NCBI RefSeq assembly: GCF_001194135.2
Contig: NC_068984.1
Coordinates: 36,702,623-36,739,327, forward strand
Origin: Octopus bimaculoides
Lineage: Eukaryota
Direction of reading: 5' to 3'
Length of the DNA: 36,705 nucleotides
Shown here: piece after piece, positions 1-11,772 of the stretch
Position numbering within the stretch: position 1 is the stretch's first letter
Layout: each line of letters begins with the position of its first letter
Notes under the pieces: generated by a model
What the model saw: the letters and a program-made list of their open reading frames with translations, nothing else
Database searches by the model: none
What the model was told of the DNA's origin: nothing
Translations under genes and position numbers: made by a program

Positions 1-110
1 ATATATATATATATATATATACGTTCATACAAACATACAGGCACATATATAAAACACATTCATTCATACATACACACATAGATACATAATACATACATAC
101 ACACATATAT
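1..110. repeat. (TA)n / (CATA)n / (CA)n microsatellite patch
   Basis: Direct reading of the sequence. Confidence 0.9.
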
Positions 111-188
111 CTGAGTTTCTAAACTCAAATTTGACTGGTTTTCATCCAACTCCGACAAATAACATAAAGTGCATATTGTCAATTGCAG

Positions 189-246
189 GATGAAAGCCGC
201 CCGACTATTCAATCTGCACAAAAGACGAGGACAGGCAAATGAACAA
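189..246 (+). CDS. Candidate 58-nt coding exon, unknown product (xMKAARLFNLHKRRGQANEQ)
   Basis: Acceptor ttgcag|G and consensus donor CAA|GTAAGT. Only one frame is open. No homology recognised. Confidence 0.25.
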
Positions 247-329
247 GTAAGTGTATTCGTTTAACGCTCTGGTGGAATAGAAAAATCTTTGACGATTCAA
301 GCCCTCTCTCCTTGACATAAAGGATTAAG

Positions 330-868
330 AGAGAAAAAGACGGAAAGAGAAACGATATGTAGAGATTAACGGCTCAACATAATGAAACAAAAGATAGATG
401 CATATCAGGGTAGAAGACGTTAGAAAAATGAACTACAGACAACGGAACGAACACATAGAAAAACATCTAGCTACTTGGAGTTATTCCTTCATCAGCTGCC
501 TCTATTCTAACTAGATGTTTCGAAGATAAGGCAGAACGCACTCTAGAATAGTGTCTTCCTGAGTAGTGGATCGACCCACTAAACAGAGGATTCCAAGGTG
601 GCAAACACAAACCAAGACAGGAAAAAATGGACAGTGAAAACAACATTAAAAAGCCGTAGGGCCAAACGCGAATCTGATATTGAACGCTAGTGATATGACG
701 AAGCTGGACGGAGAAAAAACAGTTCGTCTCGCCTTAATAGTGGCTGGAGTGAAAAGAGAGAGTTGAACACAGGTCACATGTGAGCAGAGAGTATGGTAGA
801 GGGAGGAAGTGGAACAAGGAGGAAGAGAGAGATGTGGTGCACCAGCATGACCGCAGCCACTTGGCTGA
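330..868 (-). mobile_element. Dispersed-repeat relic, probably a Penelope-like pseudo-LTR/tail region, with a short SINE tail fragment at about 836-868
   Basis: Minus strand carries CTGATGA-A-GGA-ATAAC-TCC (477-495), a degenerate hammerhead-like core typical of Penelope pLTRs. The family assignment is from memory. Confidence 0.35.
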
Positions 869-887
869 NNNNNNNNNNTATATATAT

Positions 888-2083
888 CAAGGGTGCGTAA
901 GGTATTTAATGATATGCCTTATTTGGGTCATTGCTGCATTTTTGCGAACTGTGTATAATCTTTGTTTCAGAAAATAATAATGGTAGACTCTCAGCATCCT
1001 CAAGAAATGATGAAAAGGTATGTTGTTATTGTGGTTATAAAGGCTAAGAATAGTGATTTAGAAATATCTCGATTTTTAAAAGTTGACAGAACTTTCGTCT
1101 ACAAAGTTCGTAAGGAGCTACAGGTTGAAGATGGAAACGTGTCACCATATCAAAGCATAAAAAAGCATTCTAAACGCTCTGAAATCATTAGAAGACATGA
1201 ATTTATCCAGCAAGTTGAACAGAATATTGAATACAATCCTAGAAAGTCCATAAAGTCAAATGCAAATGATCTCCATGCGTCAGAAGGAACAGTCAGAAAT
1301 GTTGTCCACGAAGATGTCAGATATGAGTTTTATATGATGGGAAAAGATCAATTTGTCTTAAAAATCAAAAGAGAATCACTACATCAGACCTAAGATGCTC
1401 TTAAAAAACTGAAAAATCCAGAAGAAGATTTGATTTGGTTTTCCTCACACGCGAAATACTTCGACAAAGATGAAGTAGTAAACAAGAAATAACAGATGGT
1501 TATGTGCAGACCCTTCTGAAATGTTATGCAAACAAAATTTCCTGCAACTGTCAGTAATGAAGGACTTGTATCAGCAATGAAGGACCTGGCAGCAATGAAG
1601 AATTTGTGATGCCTCCTTTCTTCTTTCCACAAGGCATTCGAGTTATCTCCGCCATCTACATTGAGGTCCTGGAAATAATTTTTAAGCCGTGGATAGACGG
1701 TGTATGCAATGGAAGGCCATATGTGTTTCAGTAAGACTCTGCACTCTCACACAGGGCTCTAGTAACACAGGAATGGATGGCTGAAAATTTTCATGATCAC
1801 ATAACCCCTAACATTTGGCCTCCTAATTCCCCAGATCTCAATCCATTGGATTATTATATATGGGAGAGAGATGTCAATGAACACGTCCATAACAGCAAAG
1901 ATCCCTTGGAAGCTGCCATAGTCAGAGTAATGTCCAAAATGACCCAGGACCACTTGATTCGAACATTTATATGATTTAGATCTCATACAGAAGCTGTTTG
2001 TTGAAGCTGAAGTTGGGTTTATTGAATAACATTATAGAAAAGAATATTTATTTTTATCGTCCCCACATATCTTACGCACCCTG
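888..2083 (+). mobile_element. Near full-length but inactivated Tc1/mariner DD37D (maT-type) DNA transposon
   Basis: TIRs aagggtgcgtaaggta (889-904) and tatcttacgcaccctg (2068-2083), inserted in (TA)n. HTH-like N-terminus MKRYVVIV... and catalytic F-Q-*-DSA...WPPNSPDLNPLDY, with 37 residues counted between the 2nd and 3rd Asp. Contains stops and frameshifts. Confidence 0.9.
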
Positions 2084-2109
2084 CATATATATATATATGT
2101 GAATCAGCC

Positions 2110-2311
2110 ATTATTATGATTGACCGTTGACTGAACACTATTCAATTTTTTTCTCCGTGTTTTACTCCTTGTCTCCGTATTCTTTCTGTTGAAGAGCGTA
2201 GCTCGAAACGTCAAGGACTTTCCGTATTCCCGAGCGTCATACTAATACATCCTTTTGTTATTTACACCACCTGTCCTCGTCTGTTGTTGTTTTTTCGTAC
2301 ATTCTCCCATA
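2110..2311 (+). mobile_element. Dispersed repeat (Penelope-tail-like) with motif TTGAAGAGCGTAGCTCGAAACGTC
   Basis: Homologous in reverse orientation to 8812-8960 (shared gagc..gctcgaa, cctgagcgtc..taatac, tgtcctcg..tgttgtt blocks). Both copies end against (TA)n. Confidence 0.6.
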
Positions 2312-2354
2312 NNNNNNNNNNTATATATATATGACGTTAGCTCAAAGTAATTAT

Positions 2355-2355
<1 letters not shown>

Positions 2356-2420
<65 letters not shown>
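2356..2420. repeat. (AGT)n microsatellite
   Basis: Direct reading. Confidence 0.95.
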
Positions 2421-2421
<1 letters not shown>

Positions 2422-3899
2422 TGCAGCAACAGCAGCAGCAGTAAGAGCGGCTTCATCTTGAGCTTCAGCAGCACCAACTATTGTAGTTTCAGTACCATCA
2501 TCATTTGCTGGATTTCGGATATGTCCACTCTCGCCAACAAATGAAGGTATTTTCAGGAACCCATTTTCATTGGTTGTATCATATATTTACAATTACTAGA
2601 ACATAACAATTTCACTCAAGATTAAACATGGCTATACCAGATATGTTGACCATCTTAACTTAACCAGCCAGTCATAAAGTGAATGCAAGATAAGACATGA
2701 AAAGCAGCTACATAAAGCTAAAGAAAGATCGATGATCCAAAACGTGAAAATGTGTAATCTCTTTGCCACATCAAAAACTATTCTCACACTATTTGTTATT
2801 GGCAAAGGCCCCAAACACAATGTGCAATAATACAAAGTTCGAAGGAAAACAGAAGCGACGGAGGAAAATCATATTTCAATAATGTTTTAGACCAGACATA
2901 TCACTTGATTATATTAACCAGTATTAAGCTGATGTAAACATCTTCCCTAATGAAGTTTGCTTTATATATATAATGAATATAAATATTATATATAAATATA
3001 TTGCAATCGATATTTTTATTGCATATAACATGTATAATTTGCACAATACATCGGTTTGATGGTTAATCAGTTGCAAATGAACGAAGATATATGACCACTA
3101 ATCCAATTAGGACCGGCAATTAATTTTATTAGCTCGTATACGCAATTTGGGCTTATAATTTAGAAACGGCTACATTAATTTGCCTAATTACTCTAGACAT
3201 TTCTCTTTAAATTAGGCATGATGACATAAGTATATCCATCGTAAATAAGTGGTGAAGACTTGTTATATATTCGAAAATACTTAAGTAGATAAAATCTTTT
3301 GAACTGTGGTTCTTGTGTGGGAGAAAATGTGTGTTTCTATATAGGGAGATCGTAATTTTTGTTGCGTTTTAAGTTGTTTAACAATGAAGAGAACATTATA
3401 GCTTTATTTTCAAACATAACTGTTAGCTATTTATATGAGAACAGTATGTGAGTTTTCTTAGTTATGATCATCACGTAACTCTTTCTACCTTCACCCTGAA
3501 TTTCAAAATGCGTGATTGTATCTTGAGCCTGGGATCCCAAATATAGATGACGTTCACTATAGTCACCATAAACACAATGATTTCTCACACTTCCGGAAGA
3601 GACCATAAACCTGGGGAAGAACGTAGTTAATATGTATCATCTTATTTTCATGTATAAAGCATAGTGCATTGAGGAGAGGCATATGGATGACCTAGTTTCA
3701 CTGAAGTTATCTCAGATCTAATTGAGTGTTTTAATAAATTTACATTATATGTTTCGGTTTCTTTGAAAAACCTTAGCAAAAATGAGTATAAAATATGAGA
3801 AGAGAAGAGGGCTATTAGTAAAATAAAATTGAAATTAAAATTAATAATAACATTCATAGTTTGCTGTTATTTCTTGCATGCGCACGTAGTCCTTTCGTT

Positions 3900-4040
3900 C
3901 TGTTCTGGAGGCATGGTAAGTTCAACTCGTTGCAATAGTAAATTACTACTATCTGTTTTTGTAAATTGTGGTCAAGACTTGTTTTCTAGGAGTGGCTGTA
4001 GCCGTCGAATAACCAGCAGCAGTAATAATAATAACAACAA

Positions 4041-4073
<33 letters not shown>

Positions 4074-5330
4074 GAATCGTCGTCGTGAAGCTGTTCCCCC
4101 TGTGATTATAATAGAAATCAGGTTCTTCGATCCCATTTGTTTATTTCTTATGAATAACTTGCAAATCCATATATATATTTTCTACCTCTGGTGTAGAATG
4201 TTGAAACACTCTTTACTTCTTCCAGACATTTTCTATAGCTTCTTCTGTAGTTGCCTCAATCTTTTTACTTGTTGTGAACAGTGTTCTGCAAATTACTGTT
4301 CTCCTTTTTGTTTTGTTGGTTACTTCTTCTGGAGTGTTCAGCCTTAAACTTGACCCTTCCTTCTGGATCAGCTCGTTGTACTCTTCCAACTTCTGTTTCA
4401 ATTCTCGTTTTCCAGCCGCCGTAGCATAGCTCCCAGCCTGGGCTTGAACTAGCTCGCAATTCATTTTTTGGCGTTTTTTTTTTTTTTTCTTTTTTGCCAA
4501 CAATGGGGAAAAAGTAAACACTATAAACACAAGCGAGCAGGCAAAACGGCAACAGTTTTCAACAAAATTCAACAACTTCAACCATAGCAAACCCGCAAGG
4601 GAGAACATTCAACAAAATATAACAAGACTTTAAGTTTAATGTTTTTTTTAAATTTCTCACAAGGTGTAGACACAGAAGGGGAGAATACAAGACATGTGGG
4701 AACAAAAAAAAAAACATGGAAAAAAAAAACACAATTAAAGAAACGTATGTAAACAAGATAAAATGACAAATGAAGAGAAAGATGTGATGAAGCTTCTCGG
4801 CCTCAACTCCGAGCAGCTTCATTTATACCTTTTTTAACACTTTTTAAACTTTGTATCAGCCAAAATATCCACTTTGTATTCCTGTAACAGCTCTAAGTAC
4901 GTTGCGTGCCATGGCAACTGATCAATATCCACAGCCAGCTTTCAGCATTTATATCCGTGTGTTTATTTCGATATTATAGCTCTTTGCTCTTCTGTTAATA
5001 TTACGCAGTTATACCATCCTTCAATATTGTCATGCTTTTTTGTATCAACGCCTTTAAATCCTTGCCATGATGATATCTCTTCATAAAGTTTCTTTTTCGA
5101 ACCATCATACATGATTGCGTAACAGTTTTTTCCTTTTGCAAGAGGAGGGGAGGTTTGGGGGTTTTGTCTGAATGTGATTTGTTTGTGTCAGAGGGTGGGT
5201 GGGAAGGTTTGGTGTCTGTAAGGGGTGGGTGAAAGTGACTGAGCAGTCCACTTTGTCGTGTACTTTTAATGTATTTCTCGTGCAAACTTAAGGTGATACA
5301 GTGTGTGATGAGTTTTAACGTTTGATTTGC
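3900..5330 (-). mobile_element. Degenerate ORF-bearing relic, probably a non-LTR retroelement ORF1-like family
   Basis: Frameshifted protein-like segments on the minus strand: about 5330-4850 (Pro-rich, then AKGKNCYAIMYDGSKKKLYEEISSWQGFKGVDTKKHDNIEGWYNCVILTEEQRAIISK) and 4464-4213 (MNCELVQAQAGSYATAAGKRELKQKLEEYNELIQK...), followed by a Thr-rich (ACT)n tract. Class assignment is inference. Confidence 0.45.
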
Positions 5331-5518
5331 AGGTATGACACATCCGACTAGCTCACAGGAACTCGACGATATTTCCGTCAACACAGTTTCAGTTACAAGG
5401 TGTATAAAACAGCAGAGGACCAAGATAAAACGATGGTTTCCAGTGGTTATAAACGGGGGATTGGCCCTTTATTTGAAGTACATTTTTTCACCGATCACAT
5501 ACCTCTCTCATGTTCTCT

Positions 5519-5520
<2 letters not shown>

Positions 5521-5600
<80 letters not shown>
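5521..5600. repeat. (CT)n microsatellite
   Basis: Direct reading. Confidence 0.95.
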
Positions 5601-5603
<3 letters not shown>

Positions 5604-6237
5604 TTGTATTGTACTCTTCCTTTTTAGTACAAGTATTCCTATTTGCGTGCTGGTGTATTTAGTGACCTTTGACATTCTTTTGTGTAGTATTTGTCATTGT
5701 GAGGCTGATAAATGATACCGGCGGCATTTGTTTACGGCATTGGGTTATATGTTCACGTAATCTATGCCCGCTAAAATCACGAAACATGTATATATTCTAC
5801 GTCGTTCTCTATATGCATGTGTGTGTGCGTGTGTGTGATTATGCAGGCAAATATATACAGATCCACACAAACGCACATATACTTCCCACATATACTTTCA
5901 CAAACTTGCACACGCATTTCCATATATATGCTGTAGGCCCGAAAAGGAAGGACGTTATAATGACATTTCCTACCTGCTCCATCTTTGCACCAATGTGTTT
6001 GTTCCCTTTTAGCCTAGCCTCGTGTTGAATTCATAATTTGTAAATGAAACTAAGTATTAGGAAATGTATACAAGCCCATCAGTGAGAATGGTACCTGTAG
6101 TTCGAAAGCACAGCTTTGTAACCCACAATGGTTGATTCTTCTTTAGGATAAATTTGAGTTCATCTGTATGTGTACAATAATCAAAAACTTACTCATTCAG
6201 AAAGTAATTCATTTGGTCGAATTAGACGAGGTCTAAC

Positions 6238-6290
6238 CGTCCGTCCATCCATCCATCCATCCATCTGTCTATCCATTCATCCATCCAGCC
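6238..6290. repeat. (CCAT)n-type tetranucleotide repeat
   Basis: Direct reading. Confidence 0.85.
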
Positions 6291-6823
6291 ATTCATTCGC
6301 TCATATCAATAGATGGAGAGAGAGGGGAAATGAGAGAGATAAACATATACATATATCTTATACATGTACTTGCAGCTTTCTATCTAACACTATATGTGTA
6401 TGTAGACATAAACACCGCACATACACACACATACACGTATTCATACACATGTTAGTATGTACAGCATATTAAAGAGTTTATACACGTAAACTACATTGTG
6501 AGTCTTTCGTTCGTCTATACTAATGTATATATACATTCGATATGCATGTTGTAGCTTGAAATATATTTCTTCCATGCGGTGCTGCTAATATACGTAGCCT
6601 TTTTGGACATCAAAATCAACATGGAATGTTCATCCTTAGGGCATTTGCCAGTTGCACAAATATGATAAATACTGTTCTGTAATATTTTGCTGAAAAGATG
6701 ATATTCTTCTATTGATTATTTCAAATAAATATGTCGATAAGCCATAAAAGTGCTTGCAGGCATGCTCAAATTCTTTATACGAAAAATATTGAAGGAATTA
6801 GGATTTAAAGGACACTGTATTAC

Positions 6824-6971
6824 CTTTAGAATTTCCAACGTTTTCGCTGAATTGATAGTTTTGAAATGCCTCCCTTAGTTGTTGAAGATTTATCTGTAAT
6901 TTTAGAGTTATTTTGCTTTCATATTTAGTGCTGAAAGTGACAGCTTTGCGTTTCTTTACTGGAAGTTCATA
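6824..6971 (-). CDS. Candidate 148-nt exon (YELPVKKRKAVTFSTKYESKITLKLQINLQQLREAFQNYQFSENVGNSK)
   Basis: Acceptor ttcttgatgtcag| and donor AAAG|GTAATA, with 49 open codons. No homology recognised. Confidence 0.2.
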
Positions 6972-7784
6972 CTGACATCAAGAATATCTTTAACATATAT
7001 ATCTTTTGAGTTTCTTTAGAATATTTATATAATGAAATCAAACTATGTGTTAACCAGTTCGATCTTTATCAGCTGCCACATTCCCTATACATGTACATGG
7101 TCCTAGAGTGGAATGAAGTGAGCTAAGAAAAAGACCTGTCACAATTAAACATTTGCTTGTGATGTTCTTATTTTCTAAAGATTTTATCCGAACCTGCATG
7201 TTATTTCTTTACCCTCAAGGTAATATTGCATACGACACGTACGTCATTTTTGCTCTTGGCGATACGTGCTATTGATTCTGAATTAATTTCAAGTCAATTT
7301 CTCAACAACTTACGGAAAAGCTTCATCTTTACATTCCCTAACAAATAACTATTGTACAACTAGAAACTACAAGTGATCAACATATCATTTTGAGATAGGT
7401 TAATAATTTGACGAGATCTTACTAATATATATTCAGCGAAATAAGAATCTGTTTCCATGAAAGAACTGTAATTGGGTTATTATGTTCTTATTGCATTTAA
7501 ATATTTCGTAGCACTGATATATACTTATTAACAAGAAACTAGGTAATCAAATATTGCTTGCACAGTCAAATTTGTGTGGATAAGCAAGATCTCATTTATA
7601 AAACATTTGAGGAATATGCCATTGGATGGAGAATTTTATTTCATTTCTAATTTCAAAAAATTAAAAGTGAGTTGTATGTTACTAATAGCATTAATTCAGT
7701 TTCCATTTTTTAAATATGTAGTTTTAAGTAGCAAGCAGTCAAATATACATTTCGTGTATATTTTTGTATCAAAGTGTTTTCCAG

Positions 7785-7892
7785 TGGCTATTACATAGAT
7801 GTTTGTTACAAAGTCATTGATATACATGAATCTGCAGAACACTACAATAAATGCAGCAGAGTTGCATACAAATATTTTAATTTGCATAACTT
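7785..7892 (+). CDS. Candidate 108-nt exon (xGYYIDVCYKVIDIHESAEHYNKCSRVAYKYFNLHNL)
   Basis: Acceptor gtgttttccag| and donor |GTAACC immediately before an in-frame stop. Other frames are also open, so the call is ambiguous. Confidence 0.2.
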
Positions 7893-8402
7893 GTAACCTT
7901 AACAATACTTCGAAACCCCAACAGATAATACGATAGGAAAACCCAAATATAAAATTCCTACAAATTTCGTCCCTTCAAATGTTATTATACAAAATTTTAA
8001 GAAAATTTGATAGCATTTCCTCAAATATCTACTATACTTTCATTTCAGGTGATGTCGGCTTTTTAATGAGATACGCATGCATATTATTATTTGCAACGAA
8101 CTACTGATCATAATATATCTAGAATCCCTCTGTATTAAAAAGCATCCAGTATGCTACATGACAAAATGCCAAGTTACATTCTGCTTACTATTTCACATTA
8201 TTCCAATTAATTTTATCATTTATATGCTTGAAATGGGAAATATCTAAATTATTGAAGGTTAGAATATACTAATTAGAAATGATAGAGTCGCTAAAAGTTA
8301 TCAATTATACACTACAGCTGCAACAGTACACACACTCACACACATACGCACGCACGCACACACACTCACACACACACGCACACGCACACACATACATATT
8401 CC

Positions 8403-8755
8403 TTTATTCTTTTACTTGTTTCAGCCATTTAATTGCGGTCATGCTACAGCACTGCCTCGAAGGGTTTTAGTCGAACAAATCGACCCTTTTAAAGGCTAGT
8501 ACTTATTCTATCGATCTCTATTTTCCATATAGCTAAGTTAGGGAGACGTATATACACCAACACCGGTTATCAAGCAGTGATTGGGGACAAACACAGAGAC
8601 GAACACACACGAGCTATTTTCAGTTATCGTCTAGTAATTCCACTTACAAAGCAGTAGGGCTGTAAATCCACTTACACGCAGTAGGACCGAAGCCGGAACC
8701 ATATGTTTTGGAAGCAAGCTTCTTACAACAAACCACACAGCCACGCTTGCGCCTA
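8403..8755 (-). mobile_element. tRNA-derived SINE, family 2 (octopus-type), decayed
   Basis: Minus strand reads gcgtggctgtgtgg..taagaagcttgcttcc..catatggttccggcttcggtcctactgcgtg (tRNA-like head with B-box-like element), then the body and tail I recall from octopus SINEs. Confidence 0.8.
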
Positions 8756-8811
8756 TTGATACAGCCATTTGTGTGTATGTATGTATACAGATATATATAT
8801 ATATATATATA

Positions 8812-8960
8812 GTGAGTCCAAACAAAGAAGAACAACAAGAAAAAACAACAACGCGAGGACATGGTACGAGTACTGTATTATCAGACGCTCAGGAAAGGAA
8901 ACGAAGAGGATTTTTACGCTTCGAGCAGCTCTCTTCTCCAAAAAAGGGAAGTCGGAGGAA
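8812..8960 (-). mobile_element. Second, more decayed copy of the 2110-2311 repeat family
   Basis: Reverse complement aligns by eye with 2180-2311. Confidence 0.55.
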
Positions 8961-10019
8961 GAAAATCGCCAACGATACACATGTGGTTATATTTAGAAAT
9001 GTATATATATAAGTATTGCTTATGGCCACTCTAATGTCGTTGTCCTCTGTAAGTCGAAGCATATCAATCTTATGTGAAATGGTGTATTCATTTCCTTGGG
9101 ATTTGAATATGTACACGAATACAGGCAGTTATAAATGCTTGTATGAATTAAATAGCTCTGCAAACGGGGAAAACTTAATAGGTTTCCTTGTTCTTTCAAT
9201 TCTTAAGAACTTTTATGGTGAACGTCAGGTATTAAGGATTACATTATAAAGTAATTGTTATATATGGGCGCCGTCCTAAATTTTCCTTCTGTGATTAATT
9301 CACAGACTCTAGAACACAGTAACCATTGTTTAATTGCAAATTAAGAGGAGGCGCACACTTTCAGCTTGGATAATTTCGTTGTTAAGTATATATAGACATA
9401 TATCATGTAAGATAATAGAGGCTAACTTGATTAAGATTTGGCTGTTATGTCTTTGTATTAAAGAGACAACATAATGATTCGTTGTTAGGTATTTATTTCC
9501 ATTTACGATTATAGCACATGTTGCGGAAAAATACAACTTCTACAACTTTCTCTTGCAAAATAATGTCTACTTCTAAATTCTAAAATTAAATATAAGTTAT
9601 TCAAGTAGAACGTCAGAGAATGCATGTATAACACATATATTTCGGTATCCCTTCGAACAGTTTATACGCCACAGACAAATTTAGCTGTTTCTTGTTCATA
9701 TAATGACTAAAACATTAAATATTCTTAACTCGTTGTCAAGAAGAAAAGGAGACGACCAGCACCTTTATTTTGTCAAAACGTCCGGATCCCGTCGCTGAAA
9801 TTATATTTGTTCAAAATGGAGACCTGGTGTGAATGCTTGCAACTAAATGGTCTCAGGTAAAATCATCAAAAGACGTCATGGGAGAGTTAAGTCATGCAGT
9901 ATATTGCTTCAATTAAGTCTGCCACCATTGAACTCAGATTCTAAAAACTCGGAATAAATATTACAAGACATCTCGTCCGATGATTTAGCTATAACGCCAA
10001 TCCACCAGCCTGAGCTTCC

Positions 10020-10135
10020 TATTATCCACTCTGAAAGGATGAAAGGGAAAGGCGTACTCAGTAATTTGAACTCATGGAGCAAAGACCTGGAAAAAAACCG
10101 CATAGCATCCTGTCGTTCACTATATTGGTTCTGCT
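10020..10135 (-). mobile_element. SINE family 1 fragment (5' half)
   Basis: Minus strand contains gagttcaaatt (B-box-like)...ctttcatcctttc, matching the other family 1 copies. Confidence 0.6.
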
Positions 10136-10632
10136 ACTGCACCACCTTATATTAAATACTCTTCAACAAATAGGCAGTATCTTTGTCGCCGAAATTAAAG
10201 TGCCTGAAAAGGGAAATATCTGGCATTGGGTCATAATAGTTCTCTTTAGTTGTGTCCAGCACAAATGTAGATAACAAGTGTAAAAATTCCATATTCTCAT
10301 TCTCAGAAATATAGGAGCGTTGTGTTATCTAGATAATCACAAACTTTATTATTATTCTTATGAGCAAGGAGTTTACTAATGGCGATACTATTCTTAGATT
10401 TATTCTATAGAACCATATAAATTTAAGAATATAACTGCTTTGCACGTTTATTTCAGTTTCGCTAAATGAATAATTTTAAAGAGATTTTTAGATTCAATCA
10501 AGCATTTTGTAACTAGAAGTATTGCAGTAGTTGCTCGACGGAAGTTCCCTCGCTCCTGGTCTTTATATTAAAAAATATCCTGTTATTTATAAATACTTTT
10601 ACTTTTATTTGTACAATCATTATATTAATACA

Positions 10633-10760
10633 CAGGGTGATTCAAAACTCACCATACATAGGAAAAATTCATTTGATTATAAGTAACAGTTAAATAAAAA
10701 AAAACTGTTTCTTATAAAAAATAAATTGTTCGTATTTATAGTGACTTTTGAATTACCCTG
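10633..10760. mobile_element. 128-bp Tc1/mariner-type MITE
   Basis: 20-bp TIRs cagggtgattcaaaactcac and gtgacttttgaattaccctg (18/20 match). TA on the right flank, CA on the left. AT-rich non-coding interior. Confidence 0.8.
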
Positions 10761-11554
10761 TACGTTTATTTCTTTTAATAATGTTATTATATTTTTTACT
10801 TTTCGTATATTAACAGACGCATGTATGTGCTTGTGCCTACTTCGTAATATATATATGCGTGTGCGTGTGCGTGTGTGTCTGTGTGTGTCTGTGTGCGTGT
10901 TTGTGTGTGTGAATATATAGGTGCATGGTTCCGGGTCTAGTNNNNNNNNNNTATATATATATATATACATACATATATATATATATATACTGACATGTAT
11001 ACAAACAGTACATACATGCATACACACACAGACATGTGTGTGTGTGTACACTACGCGAATACAGAGTAAATTATCTGAACTTTAATATACATATCCCTTG
11101 ATCTAATTCACAATGCAGTCCTTCCTTAATAAGCAATTATCCATCACCACCCTTACCATAAACATTTCAAAAAGAAATATTGTGAACATATCCTAGTTTT
11201 ACACTTGATAGACTGCAAAATAGTGTTTTGCTAAATTAAAGCTAACATAGATTATACTAGATCGAATGCAAATAATAACTACAACTATACATGAAAGAAT
11301 TATAGCATATATAGTAATAATATTATCGACCAATCCTGGAACTTGATGTTGATAGGTATCTCTCCTTTTATGCTTGTGGTTGTGTGAATAATTACATATT
11401 ACACATTAAAGGTCGTGCACTATGCGAATATATATTAAACGATCAGAACTTTTAAACCAATCCATAAAATGTTTTTTTTTCGCTTTGCATAAGAAGAATG
11501 TTACACACATATATAATAATGGCTTGAATGTATATTTAATTCCAATATCTGCTA

Positions 11555-11772
11555 CTCTTTAAAGGCAGTGAGCTGGCAAAATCGTTACTGTACCTGATAA
11601 AGTGCTTAGTAGCATTTCTTCCGACTTTACGTTCTGAGTTCATATGTCACCTGTGTAGGCATGCCTCTCATCCTCTCGCGGTCGATAAACTTAGCACCAC
11701 TAGAGCATTGGGGTCGATGAAATCGACTTACCTCTCCCACGAAATTGCTGTCCTTGTCCCAAAACTTGAAAC
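11555..11772 (+). mobile_element. tRNA-derived SINE, family 1 (octopus-type), full length
   Basis: ggcagtgagctggcaaaatcgtta head, ctgagttcat B-box-like element, ggggtcgatgaaatcgact inverted motif, ccttgtcccaaaacttgaaac tail. Confidence 0.8.

Noticed and set aside
3829-4347. 172-aa plus-strand ORF with a signal-peptide-like N-terminus
   Set aside because: It is antisense to the minus-strand element relic, runs through (AAT)/(AGT) repeats, and has an F/C/L-rich composition typical of antisense frames
5335-5715. 126-aa ORF with an LSLSLS tract
   Set aside because: Held open by the (CT)n microsatellite; no recognisable domain
7696-7905. Minus-strand NIYVIATGK resembling NSIYHICATGK at about 6640-6680 (possible repeated domain)
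   Set aside because: Short match, splice phases could not be made consistent, and several frames are open in both places
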